Of a DNA stretch of 64,000 bases, positions 61,667 to 64,000 are shown piece by piece. The DNA comes from an uncultured Candidatus Saccharibacteria bacterium. GTDB lineage: Bacteria; Patescibacteriota; Minisyncoccia; Phycocordibacterales; Zambryskibacteraceae. Under the pieces are notes generated by a model. The model was not told where the DNA came from. It searched no databases and saw only the letters and a program-made list of their open reading frames with translations. The first letter of the stretch is position 1, and every line of letters begins with the position of its first letter. The position numbers and the translations under genes were made by a program. The stretch lies in assembly GCA_964347785.1 (NCBI GenBank), contig CAYFZH010000001.1:35589-99588 (forward strand), written 5' to 3'.

Positions 61667-62970
61667 TGCAGGACAAAGTATTTCTCTTAGTATTTCCTAT
61701 AATTTTCTCATTGACTCTCCTTGGGTTAGAACCAGAGAGATTGTTTGCTGTGACTAATACTGATTCTCTCTCGACACAGATAGAGTCTGTGAGACGACAG
61801 CGTGAGGCTCTAGTCGACGAGCAGAAGCGTCTCCAAGATGAGCTCGACAAACTCTCGACTCAGAGTGCCAACCTCGGCACGGCAGTGAAGTCGCTCGATG
61901 CGACGAGGAAGAAGCTTGCTTCTGATATAAAGGTGACTCAATCCAAGATTTCTTCTACCGATCTAAACATCAAGGTCCTTGAGAACAGCGTCAATGCTGC
62001 GGAGAGGAAGATCGACACACATCAGAGCGCTATCGCCAGTGCGATCAAGGCCTTATACAACTATGATTCTAGTCCGCTCTGGATCAATCTACTCGCATCT
62101 GAGAATCTCTCAGATGCTTGGCGAGACAGAACTCAACTCGAAGGTCTAAATGTTTCTCTCGAAGACGAGATAGATGGTTTGCGAGAAACCAAGACCAAGC
62201 TAACCAAGGAGAAGGAGAAGAAGGAGGAAGCGAAGAAAGAGATCGTCTCTCTGAGTAAGGAGCTGACAGGGCAGAAGACTGTGGTAGAGCAGACCAAGAA
62301 GGCCCAAGAACAACTCCTCGCCCAGACCAAGAGTAAGGAAGCACTCTACCAAGAGATGCTGAAGGAAAATCTCGAGCGACAGAAACAGACCGAGCAGGAT
62401 CTCTACAGCTTGGAGTCAGAGCTCAACATCGCTATCGACCCCACTCTCATCCCGAAGCCGAAGCTGGGTGTGCTCTCTTGGCCACTCGACAAGGTCTATA
62501 TCACTCAACGTTTCGGTAGGACGGCTGGGGCATCTAGACTCTATGCCTCGGGGAGTCACAATGGGATAGACTTCCGTGCTACGCAAGGGACGAGGGTCCT
62601 CGCTATGCTCTCTGGGGTGGTCGAGGGTACTGGTAACACAGACGAGCAGAAGGGTTGTTACTCGTATGGTCGCTGGGTCCTGATCAAGCACGCGAACGGT
62701 CTCTCGAGCGTCTACGCGCACCTCTCCGCCTCTACGGTCTCTAAGGGGCAAGTGGTGGGTACTGGTGAGGTTATAGGCTATTCTGGAGGTCTGCCAAGAG
62801 TCTTCGGCTCAGGGTACTCTACGGGTCAACACTTGCACGTAGGCCTCTTTGCCAGCCAAGGAGTCAAGGTGGAGAGGTTTGTCACCAGTAAGGGTTGTAA
62901 GCAGGTGGTGGTCCCTATCGTCGACATCAAGGCTTATCTTGACCCTCTTGCGTATCTACCGTCTATTTAA
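61666..62970 (+). CDS. M23-family peptidase with an N-terminal coiled coil (EnvC/NlpD-like murein hydrolase activator)
   Basis: Signal/TM, long heptad region and C-terminal LytM motifs (HNGIDF, HLHVGLF). 1-nt overlap with gltX. Confidence 0.8.
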   Translation: MQDKVFLLVFPIIFSLTLLGLEPERLFAVTNTDSLSTQIESVRRQREALVDEQKRLQDELDKLSTQSANLGTAVKSLDATRKKLASDIKVTQSKISSTDLNIKVLENSVNAAERKIDTHQSAIASAIKALYNYDSSPLWINLLASENLSDAWRDRTQLEGLNVSLEDEIDGLRETKTKLTKEKEKKEEAKKEIVSLSKELTGQKTVVEQTKKAQEQLLAQTKSKEALYQEMLKENLERQKQTEQDLYSLESELNIAIDPTLIPKPKLGVLSWPLDKVYITQRFGRTAGASRLYASGSHNGIDFRATQGTRVLAMLSGVVEGTGNTDEQKGCYSYGRWVLIKHANGLSSVYAHLSASTVSKGQVVGTGEVIGYSGGLPRVFGSGYSTGQHLHVGLFASQGVKVERFVTSKGCKQVVVPIVDIKAYLDPLAYLPSI

Positions 62971-62982
62971 TAAACTTTACAT

Positions 62983-63270
62983 ATGACTAATCTAAAGCGT
63001 GAGACGAATAGGGGATTTGTAATGATTGTCGTTCTCATCATCGCCGGTCTTGCTGCTCTTAAGTACTTCTTGAACTGGGACATCTTCGACGCTGCTTCCT
63101 CTGAGCAGGGTCAGAGTACTATCGGGTATATACGTGACCTCGTGAACACTGTCTGGTCATACCTCGAGGCACCAGTAAGGTTTGCTTGGAACGAAGTGGC
63201 TTGGCCGATACTTCTCTTCGCTTGGCACAGTCTTCAGCAATTAATCAGTATGGGTCGCGCTAACGCTTAA
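62983..63270 (+). CDS. Small membrane protein (95 aa)
   Basis: ORF with one TM and W-rich amphipathic segments. Confidence 0.4.
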   Translation: MTNLKRETNRGFVMIVVLIIAGLAALKYFLNWDIFDAASSEQGQSTIGYIRDLVNTVWSYLEAPVRFAWNEVAWPILLFAWHSLQQLISMGRANA

Positions 63271-63394
63271 GCTCTAAATTATTTATGAAATTTCTCAAAC
63301 TTGTTCTCTTCTTCGCCCTCTCTCCACTCTATGTGCCAGCGTATCTCCTGATGAACTTCTCCTTCAAATGGTGGACGAGTCTCTTGGAGTGATC

Positions 63395-64000
63395 TTACTC
63401 GACAACTTTCTCTAGACGCATACCTCTTGAACCCTTGACCAGTACGGTCCAATCCTTCCAATCTTCTTCTGTAAACCATTCGCGAGCTTTCTCTGAGCTT
63501 TCGAACCAGAGAGATTTGAGAGTAACGTACTCTAGGGTTTTCTTGAAATTTTCTCCGACTAGTATTGTGCGCTCGATATTTTGCTTCGCAAGATATTCTA
63601 ATATTTCTCGATGGTAGTGATCAGAATAGTCTCCAAGCTCAAGCATGTCACCCAATACAACAGCGCGAGGAGGAACTGCAGAGCTTATAAAACTTTCTAG
63701 GGCGAGTCTCAAGCTGGTGGGGTTTGCGTTGTAACAGTCGAGGATTATCTTGGTCCCGTCCTTTTCTACTAGCTGACTTCTCTTGAGAGTGGGGGAGTAG
63801 TGGGTTATAGCCTCGAGAGATTCCTTTGTGTCCAATCCAAATTCTTGTCCTATAGATAGAGCTGAAATAATGTTCTCTAGATTATAATCACCGAAAAGTT
63901 GCGTCTTGTATTCTGAGTCTTCGTATCTGAGAGTGAGGGGTAGGGAAGAGGTCTTTTCTAAATTTATTGGCATCTTGTGTATCACCACTTTTCCCTGCTC
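63395..64000 (-). CDS. murF: UDP-N-acetylmuramoyl-tripeptide--D-alanyl-D-alanine ligase MurF (C-terminal part only; the gene continues beyond the window)
   Basis: Mur-ligase C-terminal domain motifs (DCYNANP.S, VVLGDMLELG). The frame stays open to the window edge. Confidence 0.75.
   Translation of the reverse strand, partial: EQGKVVIHKMPINLEKTSSLPLTLRYEDSEYKTQLFGDYNLENIISALSIGQEFGLDTKESLEAITHYSPTLKRSQLVEKDGTKIILDCYNANPTSLRLALESFISSAVPPRAVVLGDMLELGDYSDHYHREILEYLAKQNIERTILVGENFKKTLEYVTLKSLWFESSEKAREWFTEEDWKDWTVLVKGSRGMRLEKVVE

Noticed and set aside
63285-63392. 35-aa hydrophobic micro-ORF (MKFLKLVLFFALSPLYVPAYLLMNFSFKWWTSLLE) downstream of ORF 62983..63270
   Set aside because: No SD or -10 at leaderless distance. 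It overlaps an antisense ORF and the murF 3' region. There is insufficient support without expression data.
1-64000. CRISPR arrays, cas genes, transposases, integrases, prophage or secondary-metabolite clusters
   Set aside because: No regularly spaced direct repeats of 24-40 nt and no recognisable cas, transposase, integrase or phage-structural motifs were found on either strand.

Overview
This 64-kb window is a gene-dense, mostly plus-strand stretch of a streamlined bacterial chromosome. Its overall GC content is near 50%, with several GC-rich islands at about 58-60%. Many housekeeping proteins are domain-minimised, which resembles Candidate Phyla Radiation / Patescibacteria genomes; that lineage assignment is inference only.

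Identifiable content, in order:
- Nucleotide excision repair: uvrB, uvrA and a uvrC that lacks the C-terminal HhH domain.
- ddl.
- A divergent tRNA-Ala(UGC) / tRNA-Ala(GGC) pair plus tRNA-Val(CAC), flanked by long perfect palindromic terminators.
- A HAD hydrolase, an orphan receiver-only response regulator, and a SWIB-domain protein.
- A metzincin peptidase translationally coupled to a DnaQ-like exonuclease.
- A short pyruvate kinase, a VIT-family transporter, a short YchF, and leuS.
- A sigma-70 region-4 / HARE-HTH protein, mltG, mnmA, an ATP-cone plus PD-(D/E)xK nuclease-like protein, mgtC, and a family-4 UDG.
- An alaS that encodes only the catalytic N-terminal half.
- The infA-rpmJ-rpsM-rpsK-rpsD-rpoA-rplQ-rplM-rpsI block. 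rpmJ is missing from the ORF track because it is under 60 aa.
- grpE-dnaK-dnaJ, pepF, two ABC exporters, trpS, a short class IIb aaRS (probably archaeal-type AspRS), and an AdoMetDC-like gene.
- A three-gene split sensor-kinase module.
- A GNAT gene preceded by a promoter, structured leader and intrinsic terminator.
- scpA/scpB and a dcw-like cluster: D-Ala-D-Ala carboxypeptidase, asnB, mraY, two membrane hypotheticals, ftsW, murG, gltX, an M23 peptidase, and partial murF on the minus strand.

No CRISPR array, rRNA, transposase, integrase or recognisable defence system was seen.

The most notable signals are:
- Leaderless promoters (a -10 box 6-7 nt upstream of the ATG) on most housekeeping genes, contrasted with strong SD sites on orphan or GC-rich genes.
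- A set of GC-rich islands carrying orphan genes, mostly on the minus strand, each with its own promoter and bidirectional terminators.
- Two unexplained GC-rich structured non-coding elements, at 33334..33444 and 49676..49872.
- A truncated AlaRS paired with two G3:U70 tRNA-Ala genes.
- A structured ftsW leader.

Non-CDS coordinates were read by eye and may be off by 1-2 nt.
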